From assembly GCF_003334405.1 (NCBI RefSeq), contig NZ_QOWM01000001.1: a stretch of DNA of 64,000 bases; one strand, written 5' to 3'. Below are positions 10,185-22,960 of the stretch, piece by piece; position 1 is the first letter of the stretch, and the number at the start of each line of letters is the position of its first letter. The stretch is from Escherichia coli. GTDB taxonomy: Bacteria; Pseudomonadota; Gammaproteobacteria; Enterobacterales; Enterobacteriaceae. The notes under the pieces are model-generated. The model had not been told where the DNA came from. It searched no databases and saw nothing but the letters and a program-made list of their open reading frames with translations. The translations under genes and the position numbers were made by a program.

Positions 10185-10981
10185 AACGAATTAACGCTCT
10201 GACGATTGCCGGTACTGATCCGAGTGGTGGTGCGGGGATTCAGGCCGATCTTAAAACCTTCTCGGCACTTGGCGCTTATGGTTGCTCAGTTATTACTGCT
10301 CTGGTGGCGCAAAACACCCGTGGCGTACAGTCGGTGTATCGCATTGAGCCTGATTTTGTCGCTGCCCAGCTCGATTCGGTGTTCAGCGATGTGCGAATCG
10401 ACACCACTAAAATCGGTATGTTGGCGGAAACCGATATTGTTGAAGCGGTGGCAGAACGGTTGCAACGTTATCAGATCCAAAACGTGGTACTCGACACCGT
10501 TATGCTGGCAAAAAGCGGCGACCCGCTGCTTTCACCTTCGGCGGTTGCTACGTTGCGCAGTCGATTATTGCCACAGGTTTCATTAATAACGCCAAACTTG
10601 CCCGAAGCTGCTGCCTTGCTCGACGCGCCACACGCGCGCACCGAACAGGAAATGCTGGAACAAGGGCGATCGCTGTTGGCGATGGGCTGTGGCGCAGTGC
10701 TAATGAAAGGTGGTCATCTGGATGATGAGCAAAGCCCGGACTGGCTGTTTACCCGCGAGGGTGAACAACGGTTTACCGCACCGCGCATTATGACCAAAAA
10801 CACCCACGGCACTGGTTGTACGCTCTCTGCGGCGTTGGCTGCACTACGCCCGCGCCATACAAACTGGGCTGACACCGTACAGGAGGCAAAAAGCTGGCTT
10901 TCATCAGCATTAGCCCAGGCCGACACGCTGGAAGTTGGTCACGGTATTGGTCCGGTTCACCACTTCCACGCCTGGTGGTGA
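10181..10981 (+). CDS. thiD: hydroxymethylpyrimidine/phosphomethylpyrimidine kinase
   Basis: 266 aa [34 protein letters not shown]...; overlaps thiM stop by 4 nt. Confidence 0.95.
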   Translation: MKRINALTIAGTDPSGGAGIQADLKTFSALGAYGCSVITALVAQNTRGVQSVYRIEPDFVAAQLDSVFSDVRIDTTKIGMLAETDIVEAVAERLQRYQIQNVVLDTVMLAKSGDPLLSPSAVATLRSRLLPQVSLITPNLPEAAALLDAPHARTEQEMLEQGRSLLAMGCGAVLMKGGHLDDEQSPDWLFTREGEQRFTAPRIMTKNTHGTGCTLSAALAALRPRHTNWADTVQEAKSWLSSALAQADTLEVGHGIGPVHHFHAWW

Positions 10982-11045
10982 GCACCGTACTATAGCTGCT
11001 TTGGTTATTGTCAGCCTTTGGCACTGACATTCAGGGATGAAACCA

Positions 11046-11864
11046 ATGCAGCTGAGAATCACCAGTCGAAAAAAATTCACCGCTTTATTATGCGCTCTTG
11101 GGCTAATTTCCATCGTTGCAATTTGTCCACGTCAGACGGTGAATTTTTTCTATTCGACAGCAGTTCAGATTAAAGACTACATCCACTTCTACGGTTATCG
11201 CCCGGTTAAATCTTTCGCTATTCGCATTCCTGCCAGTTACACCATTCACGGAATAGATGTTTCGCGCTGGCAGGAGCGGATCGACTGGCAGCGGGTGGCA
11301 AAAATGCGCGACAACGGTATCCGCTTACAGTTTGCTTTTATTAAGGCGACGGAAGGCGAAAAGCTGGTGGACCCCTATTTTTCGCGTAACTGGCAACTAA
11401 GCCGCGAAAATGGCCTGCTGCGCGGGGCGTATCATTATTTCTCCCCGTCGGTAGCAGCGCCTGTTCAGGCGCGATTATTTCTGCAAACGGTGGATTTCTC
11501 ACAAGGCGATTTCCCTGCCGTGCTGGACGTAGAAGAACGGGGAAAATTATCGGCAAAAGAATTACGCAAGAGGGTAAGTCAGTGGCTAAAAATGGTCGAA
11601 AAAAGTACGGGGAAAAAGCCGATTATTTACTCAGGAGCCGTTTTTTATCACACGAATCTGGCGGGCTATTTCAATGAATATCCGTGGTGGGTGGCTCACT
11701 ACTATCAACGTCGTCCGGACAATGACGGCATGTCCTGGCGCTTCTGGCAGCATTCCGACCGTGGACAGGTAGATGGCATCAATGGTCCGGTGGATTTTAA
11801 TGTGTTTAATGGCACGGTGGAGGAGTTGCAGGCATTCGTTGATGGGATTAAAGAAACGCCTTAA
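11046..11864 (+). CDS. yegX: glycoside hydrolase family 25 (lysozyme/muramidase-like) protein
   Basis: ORF 11037..11864; GIDVSRWQERIDWQRV...FAFIKATEG motifs typical of GH25; N-terminal hydrophobic segment. Confidence 0.85.
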   Translation: MQLRITSRKKFTALLCALGLISIVAICPRQTVNFFYSTAVQIKDYIHFYGYRPVKSFAIRIPASYTIHGIDVSRWQERIDWQRVAKMRDNGIRLQFAFIKATEGEKLVDPYFSRNWQLSRENGLLRGAYHYFSPSVAAPVQARLFLQTVDFSQGDFPAVLDVEERGKLSAKELRKRVSQWLKMVEKSTGKKPIIYSGAVFYHTNLAGYFNEYPWWVAHYYQRRPDNDGMSWRFWQHSDRGQVDGINGPVDFNVFNGTVEELQAFVDGIKETP

Positions 11865-11915
11865 ATAAGAAGCAGTGATATACTCCCACCAGACTCCCTG
11901 GCAGGAAAAAGACAA

Positions 11916-12662
11916 ATGGAACAAGCGCATACCCAGCTGATTGCCCAACTGAACGAGCGTATTTTAGCGGCGGATAACACGCCGCTTTATATTAAGTTTG
12001 CCGAAACGGTAAAAAATGCCGTGCGCAGCGGGGTGCTGGAGCATGGCAATATTTTGCCCGGTGAGCGTGATTTAAGTCAGTTAACCGGCGTTTCGCGCAT
12101 TACGGTGCGCAAGGCGATGCAGGCGCTGGAAGAAGAGGGCGTGGTGACGCGTTCGCGTGGTTACGGCACGCAGATCAACAACATCTTCGAATACTCGTTG
12201 AAAGAAGCGCGAGGTTTTTCTCAGCAGGTGGTATTGCGCGGGAAAAAGCCCGATACGCTATGGGTTAACAAGCGTGTCGTGAAATGTCCCGAAGAAGTCG
12301 CGCAGCAGCTGGCGGTCGAAGCGGGAAGTGATGTCTTTTTGCTTAAGCGTATTCGCTATGTCGATGAAGAAGCGGTATCGATTGAGGAATCGTGGGTTCC
12401 GGCGCATTTAATTCATGATGTTGATGCCATCGGGATTTCACTTTATGACTATTTCCGCAGCCAGCACATTTACCCACAACGTACGCGTTCCCGCGTTAGC
12501 GCCCGGATGCCGGATGCCGAGTTTCAGTCACATATTCAGTTAGATAGCAAAATACCGGTGCTGGTGATCAAGCAAGTGGCGCTTGACCAACAGCAACGGC
12601 CTATTGAGTACAGCATTAGCCACTGTCGCAGCGATCTATACGTTTTTGTGTGCGAGGAGTAG
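11916..12662 (+). CDS. yegW: GntR/HutC-family transcriptional regulator
   Basis: 248 aa; N-terminal winged HTH (LPGERDLSQLTGVSRITVRKAMQALEEEGVV) plus C-terminal effector domain. Confidence 0.88.
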   Translation: MEQAHTQLIAQLNERILAADNTPLYIKFAETVKNAVRSGVLEHGNILPGERDLSQLTGVSRITVRKAMQALEEEGVVTRSRGYGTQINNIFEYSLKEARGFSQQVVLRGKKPDTLWVNKRVVKCPEEVAQQLAVEAGSDVFLLKRIRYVDEEAVSIEESWVPAHLIHDVDAIGISLYDYFRSQHIYPQRTRSRVSARMPDAEFQSHIQLDSKIPVLVIKQVALDQQQRPIEYSISHCRSDLYVFVCEE

Positions 12663-13601
12663 TTCCTCGCGCGTTGGCGCACAATCACCGCCCCGATGCC
12701 CGACAACCCACGACGCCACTGCATTGCCCAGTAATACGGCATCCGCCAGTGGCAGACCAGAGGCCAGCCCGGCAAGTACGCCACCGGCATGACTGTCGCC
12801 CGCCCCAATGGTGTCGACAACTTGCGTTGGAAATGCCGGAATGCAGCCAGAAGCGTCGTTGCTGAAATACCATGCGCCTTCTTTATCGAGACGAACGATC
12901 AACGGCGCGGCAAATTTCTCCTGCCATTGCTTGCCAAGTGTTGTTATCTCTGCGGATAAAGCAAAACGTTCGGCGGCAATCTCAGCCTCTTGACGATTGA
13001 GCGACACTAAAGGTCGACAGGCCATGATCCGCGCCAGTAATGCATCCGGGATATCGCCAATACGTGGGCCAAAATCGATAAACGGCGTCACGTCTTGCAG
13101 CTCTTCCAGCCATTCCACTAACAATTCGCCGCAGGGCGAGGCCAGTTGATAACCGGAAAAATAGAGCAGGCTGCCAGGCGCAACGGTTAATCGCGCCAGC
13201 CACTGGCGATTCCACTGATTTTCCACACCGCTGAATGACATAAAAGTGCGTTCGCCATCCGGCTCAACCAGCGCCAGACACCAGCCGTTATCACCTTCGG
13301 CGTTATCGATCAGGCTGATTAAGCCCTCTTTTGCCATCCGGTTGCGAATAATCTCCGCCCACACGCCCTGACCGAGCGGCAAGGCATTACCCGCTTCGAT
13401 GCCGAGGCGCTTTAACGCCACGGCAATATTCAGTGCGCAGCCGCCAACGTTAACGCTCTGCTGTTTCAGTTCGATATCGCACCCACGCCAGGGGAGGGCA
13501 TAAGCGTCGGCGATCACGTCAATGACCGCCGCGCCGACGACCATCACCGGCTGACGCGTGGTTAATTCAGGCAGCAGCGTGTGTAATCGAGCGCCGCTCA
13601 T
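12636..13601 (-). CDS. yegV: PfkB-family sugar/nucleoside kinase
   Basis: 321 aa; C-terminal DTIGAGDSHAGG motif of the ribokinase/PfkB family; 3' end overlaps yegW by 27 nt. Confidence 0.85.
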   Translation of the reverse strand: MSGARLHTLLPELTTRQPVMVVGAAVIDVIADAYALPWRGCDIELKQQSVNVGGCALNIAVALKRLGIEAGNALPLGQGVWAEIIRNRMAKEGLISLIDNAEGDNGWCLALVEPDGERTFMSFSGVENQWNRQWLARLTVAPGSLLYFSGYQLASPCGELLVEWLEELQDVTPFIDFGPRIGDIPDALLARIMACRPLVSLNRQEAEIAAERFALSAEITTLGKQWQEKFAAPLIVRLDKEGAWYFSNDASGCIPAFPTQVVDTIGAGDSHAGGVLAGLASGLPLADAVLLGNAVASWVVGHRGGDCAPTREELLLAHKNV

Positions 13602-14602
13602 ACCGCCTCCCGTTGTTGACGATATTTCGCCAGCGCTGTGGCATAGCGGTTGAAATCAAGCTGATTTACCGCATCCAGTTCCGCCTTTAACGCAGGATCG
13701 ATAGCGTTAACGCCATGCAACGCGCCGCAAATTGCCGTCGCCATAGCACCGATGGTGTCTGTGTCGCCGCCAAGGTTAGCGCACAGGACGGCGCAGCGAT
13801 TCGGGTCGGTTTGTGCCAGTTCAACCAGCGCAATGGCGCACGGAACGGACTCAATAGTGCTGGTACCTGCGCCAACGACCTGGTAAAGCTGTTCGCTGGC
13901 GGATTCGGTGCCGTCGGCATTGCGCACAATTTTCAGCGCAATCTCCAGCCGCGCCGCCAGTGAGGCGCTGAACGTAGTGATGCGTTTTTGCTGTGCATGT
14001 CGCGCAATTGAAGGCAGGGAATCAACAATCGCTGACCAGCTTTCTCCGTCAATGGCACGAGAAATCGCCCATGCGATGACTACCGCGCCTGCAACCGCCA
14101 GATCGGATTTATGGGTCGGGCTGGACGCCAGCGCTACATCATCAATAAAGGAATCAACATCACGCGCCGGAAGCAAACAACCTAATGGCGAGACGCGCAT
14201 CGCTGCGCCGTTGGTCACGCCGTTGTTTTCCAGTTCAGCAACGGGTTTACCGTCGCGAATGGCGTTAAGCGCAATCTTCGAGGTCGGACCTAGTACGTTT
14301 TTGTTAAAGGCGTCGAAACGCAGCGCCCAGTCGAGAATATTACGCCCAATCAGATCCGGATCGATCTTGCCTTCACGTTCCAGTAACGCATCCGCCAGAC
14401 ACAGCGCCATCGAGGTATCGTCGGTGAATTCGGCGCGGTTAAAATAACAGGCCGCGTTATTCTCCTTTGGTCCAGGAAGAAAACGGTCAATCCAGCCAAA
14501 GTGTGCTTTAACGCGGCTGCGTGGCCAAAGCTCGGAGGGCATCCCCATCGCATCCCCTAACGCCTGCCCATAAAGAGCACCGAGAATACGTTCTGTTTTC
14601 AT
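13598..14602 (-). CDS. yegU: ADP-ribosylglycohydrolase-family protein
   Basis: 334 aa; N-terminal GALYGQALGDAMGMPSE typical of the ADP-ribosylglycohydrolase fold. Confidence 0.85.
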   Translation of the reverse strand: MKTERILGALYGQALGDAMGMPSELWPRSRVKAHFGWIDRFLPGPKENNAACYFNRAEFTDDTSMALCLADALLEREGKIDPDLIGRNILDWALRFDAFNKNVLGPTSKIALNAIRDGKPVAELENNGVTNGAAMRVSPLGCLLPARDVDSFIDDVALASSPTHKSDLAVAGAVVIAWAISRAIDGESWSAIVDSLPSIARHAQQKRITTFSASLAARLEIALKIVRNADGTESASEQLYQVVGAGTSTIESVPCAIALVELAQTDPNRCAVLCANLGGDTDTIGAMATAICGALHGVNAIDPALKAELDAVNQLDFNRYATALAKYRQQREAV

Positions 14603-15876
14603 TTAACTTCCCCTTGTGTCAACGCAATATCGCGATCATCGACCTTGATAGCCGTAATTTCGTTGTCGGATTCGCGGAAAAAAATCATGAACAGCACGGC
14701 GATAATGGCAATCATCACCGCGCCGAAAGTCCACATCCCGGACCAGTTGAAAGTCAGTCCGTTTACCGGTTCCTGATAAGCGAACATCTTTTCCATCATC
14801 ACACCGCCAAGACGATAGCCGAGCAAACTGCCGAAGCCCTGGCAGCAGAGCGTGATCAGCCCCTGCGCAGCGGTACGCATATGCACGGGGGCTTTTTTAT
14901 CGACATAGATGTAAGCGGTAACGTAGTAAAAATCGTAACTTACGCCGTGAAGCAAAATACCGAGGAACAGTAACGCGTAGGTGAAATATTCATCCGCACT
15001 ACCGTAAATAAAGAAGCCATAGCGGATCGCAGCGGTGACCAGACCAAGCAATAATACCTTTTTGATACCAAAGCGTTTAGTGAAAAACGGCAATGCCAGC
15101 ATAAAGAAGATTTCAGAGAACTGGCCGAGCGTCATCCAGCCGGTGGCGTTTTTCATGCCAACTTCGGTCAGATAACCGTTGGCAAAGATGTAATAGAACG
15201 CCAGTGGCATCGCAAACAGGAATGAACAGAAGAAAAAGACGAGGAAGTTTTTATCGCGCAGCAGGATCAGCGCATCCAGGCCGAGCATGACTTTAATATC
15301 CATTTTGCCGGTGCTTTTTGGTGGCGTGTCGGGCAGGAAAAACGCAAACACACCGAGCAGAGCAGAACTTCCGGCGGTAATCAGCAGCGGGATGTTAGTC
15401 GGTGAGATATCGGCATACCCCAGTATTTGCGGCAAGAAACCACATGCCAGACCGGAGGCAATCCAGCCGATAGTGCCCATCACACGAATGCGCGGGAAAT
15501 CACGCTCAACATCCGGCACGTTGGCAAAAGCGATGCTGTTAGTCAGCGCAATGGTCGGCATATAGGTTAGCGAGTAGGCCAGCAGTAACGGGAAGAACCC
15601 GGCAAAAGTGGTCTGTTGCGCAGCGAAATACATCAGCAGCGCGCCTGCGAACATCAATACCGCCAGCACTTTCTGCGCCGAGAAAAAGCGGTCAGTGATG
15701 GAGCCAACCAGAATTGGCGACAGGATCGCCGCAATGGCGGTACAGGCATACGACCAGCCAATTTCTCCGGCACTAAAACCGCTTTTACTTAACCATAACC
15801 ACAATGGCACAAACCACGCGCCCCAGATAAACCATTCAACAAACATCATGAACGACAGCTTTGCTGTTGTTTTCAT
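14599..15876 (-). CDS. yegT: MFS nucleoside:H+ symporter-family transporter
   Basis: 425 aa, about 12 predicted TM segments, NupG/XapB-like. Confidence 0.85.
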   Translation of the reverse strand: MKTTAKLSFMMFVEWFIWGAWFVPLWLWLSKSGFSAGEIGWSYACTAIAAILSPILVGSITDRFFSAQKVLAVLMFAGALLMYFAAQQTTFAGFFPLLLAYSLTYMPTIALTNSIAFANVPDVERDFPRIRVMGTIGWIASGLACGFLPQILGYADISPTNIPLLITAGSSALLGVFAFFLPDTPPKSTGKMDIKVMLGLDALILLRDKNFLVFFFCSFLFAMPLAFYYIFANGYLTEVGMKNATGWMTLGQFSEIFFMLALPFFTKRFGIKKVLLLGLVTAAIRYGFFIYGSADEYFTYALLFLGILLHGVSYDFYYVTAYIYVDKKAPVHMRTAAQGLITLCCQGFGSLLGYRLGGVMMEKMFAYQEPVNGLTFNWSGMWTFGAVMIAIIAVLFMIFFRESDNEITAIKVDDRDIALTQGEVK

Positions 15877-16132
15877 CTTTTAATTCCTTCATGACAGGTA
15901 ATGTAAGGTACGCGATGACAATACCACTTAATAATACCTTTTAAATACCTTTGCGGTGAAAACTTGACCGCGCTAACATTTTTTCTGATGAATCGAGCCA
16001 ACAGAAAACGCTGAAAAAACATCCAAAAGATGGAAAAACTCGCCCGTAACGACCAGGATTATGATTGCCCGCAAAAGGCGGGCCAGGAAAATCCATAGCC
16101 GATATCCAATCGGAATTTACGGGAGCATAGTA

Positions 16133-17185
16133 ATGACAGATATTGCGCAGTTGCTTGGCAAAGACGCCGACAACCTTTTACAGCACCGTTGTATGACTAT
16201 TCCTTCTGACCAGCTTTATCTCCCCGGACATGACTACGTAGACCGCGTGATGATTGACAATAATCGCCCGCCTGCGGTGTTACGTAATATGCAGACGTTG
16301 TACAACACCGGGCGTCTGGCTGGCACAGGATATCTTTCTATTCTGCCGGTTGACCAGGGCGTTGAGCACTCTGCCGGAGCTTCATTTGCTGCTAACCCGC
16401 TCTACTTTGACCCGAAAAACATTGTTGAACTGGCGATCGAAGCGGGCTGTAACTGTGTGGCGTCAACTTACGGCGTGCTGGCGTCGGTATCGCGGCGTTA
16501 TGCGCATCGCATTCCATTCCTCGTCAAACTTAATCACAACGAGACGCTAAGTTACCCGAATACCTACGATCAAACGCTGTATGCCAGCGTGGAGCAGGCG
16601 TTCAACATGGGCGCGGTTGCGGTTGGTGCGACTATCTATTTTGGCTCGGAAGAGTCACGTCGCCAGATTGAAGAAATTTCTGCGGCTTTTGAACGTGCGC
16701 ACGAGCTGGGCATGGTGACAGTGCTGTGGGCCTATTTGCGTAACTCCGCCTTTAAGAAAGATGGCGTTGATTACCATGTTTCCGCCGACCTGACTGGTCA
16801 GGCGAACCATCTGGCGGCGACCATTGGCGCGGACATCGTCAAACAGAAAATGGCGGAAAATAACGGCGGTTATAAAGCGATTAATTACGGTTATACCGAC
16901 GATCGCGTGTACAGCAAGTTAACCAGCGAAAACCCGATTGATCTGGTGCGTTATCAGTTAGCTAACTGCTATATGGGCCGGGCTGGGTTGATAAACTCCG
17001 GCGGTGCTGCAGGCGGTGAAACTGACCTCAGTGATGCAGTGCGTACTGCGGTTATCAACAAACGCGCTGGCGGAATGGGGCTGATTCTTGGACGTAAGGC
17101 GTTCAAGAAATCGATGGCTGACGGCGTGAAACTGATTAACGCCGTGCAGGACGTTTATCTCGATAGCAAAATTACTATTGCCTGA
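16133..17185 (+). CDS. fbaB: fructose-bisphosphate aldolase class I
   Basis: ORF 16061..17185; product starts [60 protein letters not shown]... Confidence 0.93.
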
Positions 17186-17204
17186 TACGCCTTATACGAA
17201 CAAC

Positions 17205-17335
17205 ACCACCCCGTAGGACGGATAAGGCGTTTACACTGCATCCGGCAACCTATGCCTGATGCGACGCGGAAGCGTCTTATCATGCCTACATAGCACTGCC
17301 ACGTATGTTTACACCGCATCCGGCATAAAAACACG
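17205..17335. repeat. cluster of REP (repetitive extragenic palindrome) units
   Basis: Repeated gcctgatgcgacgc / ccgcatccggca / gtaggacggataaggcg palindromic units between fbaB and gatY. Confidence 0.8.
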
Positions 17336-17437
17336 CGCACTTTGCTACGGCTTCCCTATCGGGAGGCCGTTTTTTTGCCTTTCACTCCTCGAACAATTTT
17401 CATATTGTCGTTTTGTGATCGTTATCTCGATATTTAA

Positions 17438-19637
<2,200 letters not shown>

Positions 19638-19646
19638 GGACGGTAT

Positions 19647-20099
19647 ATGACTAACCTGTTTGTTCGTAGCGGAATTTCTTTTGTCGATCGTAGCGAAGTT
19701 TTAACCCATATCGGTAATGAGATGCTCGCCAAAGATGTGGTTCATGATACCTGGCCACAGGCATTAATTGCCAGAGAAGCAGAATTCCCTACCGGGATAA
19801 TGCTTGAGCAGCACGCCATTGCAATACCGCATTGTGAGGCGATTCATGCTAAGTCGTCAGCCATTTATCTGTTAAGGCCAACAAATAAAGTTCATTTTCA
19901 GCAAGCGGATGATGATAACGACGTGGAGGTATCGTTGGTTATTGCGTTGATTGTGGAAAATCCGCAGCAGCAATTGAAACTTTTACGCTGTTTATTTGGC
20001 AAGTTACAACAGCCCGATATCGTCGAGACACTAATCACTCTTCCTGAAACCCAGTTAAAGGAATACTTCACAAAGTATGTTTTAGATTCAGAAGAATAA
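19647..20099 (+). CDS. gatA: galactitol PTS enzyme IIA
   Basis: 150 aa; gat operon position. Confidence 0.92.
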   Translation: MTNLFVRSGISFVDRSEVLTHIGNEMLAKDVVHDTWPQALIAREAEFPTGIMLEQHAIAIPHCEAIHAKSSAIYLLRPTNKVHFQQADDDNDVEVSLVIALIVENPQQQLKLLRCLFGKLQQPDIVETLITLPETQLKEYFTKYVLDSEE

Positions 20100-20129
20100 A
20101 TCCCTCTGTAACAATAAAAAGGACTATTT

Positions 20130-20414
20130 ATGAAACGCAAGATTATTGTCGCTTGCGGAGGCGCGGTTGCGACCTCTACGATGGCGGCGGAAGAAATTAA
20201 AGAGTTGTGTCAGAATCATAATATTCCTGTTGAATTAATCCAGTGTCGGGTTAATGAAATAGAAACCTATATGGATGGTGTGCATTTGATATGCACCACT
20301 GCCAAAGTGGATCGTAGTTTTGGCGATATTCCGTTAGTTCACGGCATGCCTTTTATTTCTGGTGTCGGTATCGAAGCATTACAAAATAAAATTCTGACTA
20401 TCTTACAGGGGTGA
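20130..20414 (+). CDS. gatB: galactitol PTS enzyme IIB
   Basis: 94 aa [27 protein letters not shown]..., EIIB Cys motif. Confidence 0.92.
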   Translation: MKRKIIVACGGAVATSTMAAEEIKELCQNHNIPVELIQCRVNEIETYMDGVHLICTTAKVDRSFGDIPLVHGMPFISGVGIEALQNKILTILQG

Positions 20415-20417
20415 CCT

Positions 20418-21773
20418 ATGTTTTCAGAAGTCATGCGTTATATTCTCGACCTCGGCCCTACGGTGATGCTTCCGATTGTCATCATTATTTTTTCTAAAAT
20501 ATTAGGCATGAAGGCAGGCGATTGCTTTAAAGCGGGTCTGCATATCGGGATTGGCTTTGTTGGCATTGGCCTTGTGATTGGCTTAATGCTGGATTCCATT
20601 GGTCCGGCGGCGAAAGCGATGGCGGAAAATTTCGACCTGAATCTGCATGTGGTCGATGTCGGCTGGCCGGGCTCTTCACCAATGACCTGGGCGTCGCAAA
20701 TTGCGCTGGTGGCGATTCCGATTGCGATTCTGGTTAACGTGGCGATGTTACTGACCCGTATGACGCGGGTGGTAAATGTTGATATCTGGAATATCTGGCA
20801 TATGACCTTCACCGGCGCGTTGCTGCATCTGGCAACCGGTTCATGGATGATAGGGATGGCAGGTGTGGTAATTCACGCGGCGTTTGTTTATAAGCTCGGC
20901 GACTGGTTTGCCCGCGATACCCGAAATTTCTTTGAGCTGGAAGGTATTGCTATTCCGCACGGTACGTCGGCGTATATGGGGCCGATTGCGGTGCTGGTCG
21001 ATGCTATCATCGAGAAAATCCCAGGCGTTAACCGAATTAAATTTAGCGCCGACGATATTCAGCGCAAATTTGGTCCATTTGGCGAGCCTGTCACCGTGGG
21101 TTTTGTGATGGGGCTGATTATCGGCATCCTCGCGGGTTACGATGTCAAAGGTGTATTGCAGCTGGCGGTAAAAACGGCGGCAGTGATGCTGCTAATGCCA
21201 CGGGTGATTAAACCCATCATGGATGGTTTAACGCCCATCGCTAAGCAGGCCCGTAGTCGTTTACAGGCGAAGTTCGGCGGTCAGGAGTTCCTGATTGGCC
21301 TGGATCCCGCATTACTGCTGGGGCATACGGCGGTGGTATCGGCAAGCCTGATTTTTATCCCGCTCACCATTTTAATTGCTGTTTGTGTTCCGGGTAATCA
21401 GGTGCTGCCGTTTGGCGATCTTGCCACCATCGGCTTCTTTGTGGCGATGGCAGTCGCCGTGCATCGTGGAAATCTGTTCCGCACCTTAATCTCGGGTGTC
21501 ATCATCATGAGCATCACTCTGTGGATCGCGACGCAAACTATTGGTTTGCACACCCAACTGGCGGCTAATGCTGGGGCGTTAAAAGCCGGGGGTATGGTGG
21601 CTTCAATGGATCAGGGCGGTTCTCCCATTACCTGGTTACTGATTCAGGTTTTCTCCCCGCAAAATATTCCCGGTTTCATTATTATCGGCGCAATTTATCT
21701 GACCGGTATTTTCATTACCTGGCGTAGAGCGCGTGGTTTTATTAAACAAGAGAAAGCCGTTCTCGCAGAATAA
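20418..21773 (+). CDS. gatC: galactitol PTS enzyme IIC permease
   Basis: 451 aa polytopic membrane protein. Confidence 0.93.
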   Translation: MFSEVMRYILDLGPTVMLPIVIIIFSKILGMKAGDCFKAGLHIGIGFVGIGLVIGLMLDSIGPAAKAMAENFDLNLHVVDVGWPGSSPMTWASQIALVAIPIAILVNVAMLLTRMTRVVNVDIWNIWHMTFTGALLHLATGSWMIGMAGVVIHAAFVYKLGDWFARDTRNFFELEGIAIPHGTSAYMGPIAVLVDAIIEKIPGVNRIKFSADDIQRKFGPFGEPVTVGFVMGLIIGILAGYDVKGVLQLAVKTAAVMLLMPRVIKPIMDGLTPIAKQARSRLQAKFGGQEFLIGLDPALLLGHTAVVSASLIFIPLTILIAVCVPGNQVLPFGDLATIGFFVAMAVAVHRGNLFRTLISGVIIMSITLWIATQTIGLHTQLAANAGALKAGGMVASMDQGGSPITWLLIQVFSPQNIPGFIIIGAIYLTGIFITWRRARGFIKQEKAVLAE

Positions 21774-21820
21774 TTTTTAACTGAGGGGGAGTTTATCCCC
21801 CTTAACAATCAGGAGTTTTT

Positions 21821-22861
21821 ATGAAATCAGTGGTGAATGATACTGATGGTATCGTGCGCGTTGCAGAAAGCGTCATTCCTGAAATTAAACATCAGGATGA
21901 GGTACGGGTAAAAATTGCCAGCTCGGGCTTATGTGGTTCCGATTTACCCAAGATATTTAAAAATGGTGCACATTATTATCCAATAACGTTAGGCCATGAA
22001 TTTAGCGGCTATATTGATGCGGTGGGATCCGGTGTTGATGATTTACACCCTGGCGATGCGGTTGCCTGTGTGCCGTTATTACCCTGTTTTACTTGTCCAG
22101 AGTGTTTGAAAGGGTTTTATTCCCAGTGCGCAAAATATGATTTTATTGGCTCGCGGCGTGATGGTGGATTTGCTGAATATATTGTCGTTAAGCGAAAAAA
22201 TGTCTTTGCTCTACCCACGGATATGCCTATTGAGGATGGGGCTTTTATTGAGCCGATTACCGTTGGACTGCATGCTTTTCATTTAGCGCAAGGTTGTGAG
22301 AATAAAAACGTTATTATTATTGGTGCCGGAACCATTGGCCTGCTGGCTATTCAGTGCGCTGTCGCGCTGGGAGCAAAGAGTGTGACGGCTATCGACATTA
22401 GCTCAGAAAAACTGGCACTGGCAAAATCTTTCGGTGCGATGCAAACATTTAACAGTAGCGAAATGAGCGCGCCGCAAATGCAGAGCGTTTTACGCGAACT
22501 GCGCTTTAATCAGCTTATCCTCGAGACGGCTGGCGTACCGCAAACTGTCGAACTGGCGGTAGAGATTGCCGGTCCTCATGCCCAACTGGTGCTGGTGGGC
22601 ACGTTGCATCAGGATCTGCATTTAACATCGGCAACGTTTGGCAAAATATTGCGTAAAGAGCTGACGGTTATCGGCAGTTGGATGAACTACTCCAGCCCTT
22701 GGCCGGGGCAGGAGTGGGAAACGGCGAGCCGGTTGCTGACAGAACGTAAGTTAAGCCTGGAGCCATTAATCGCTCACCGTGGAAGCTTTGAAAGCTTCGC
22801 CCAGGCGGTGCGTGACATCGCTCGTAATGCCATGCCGGGCAAAGTGTTGCTCATTCCCTGA
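21821..22861 (+). CDS. gatD: galactitol-1-phosphate 5-dehydrogenase (Zn-dependent)
   Basis: 346 aa; GHEFSGYIDAVGSGV zinc-ADH signature and GAGTIGL Rossmann motif. Confidence 0.93.
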   Translation: MKSVVNDTDGIVRVAESVIPEIKHQDEVRVKIASSGLCGSDLPKIFKNGAHYYPITLGHEFSGYIDAVGSGVDDLHPGDAVACVPLLPCFTCPECLKGFYSQCAKYDFIGSRRDGGFAEYIVVKRKNVFALPTDMPIEDGAFIEPITVGLHAFHLAQGCENKNVIIIGAGTIGLLAIQCAVALGAKSVTAIDISSEKLALAKSFGAMQTFNSSEMSAPQMQSVLRELRFNQLILETAGVPQTVELAVEIAGPHAQLVLVGTLHQDLHLTSATFGKILRKELTVIGSWMNYSSPWPGQEWETASRLLTERKLSLEPLIAHRGSFESFAQAVRDIARNAMPGKVLLIP

Positions 22862-22864
22862 AAC

Positions 22865-22896
22865 CGCGGGCCAGCGTGATGCTGGCCCGGTATTGT
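22865..22896 (+). terminator. putative terminator hairpin after gatD
   Basis: gggccagc-gtgat-gctggccc hairpin followed by tattgtg; the T-run is weak. Confidence 0.4.
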
Positions 22897-22960
22897 GCAA
22901 AACAGATCATTCACCAATGGTCCCCCTTCGTTTACACTAGCCACAATTGAATATGGGTAA

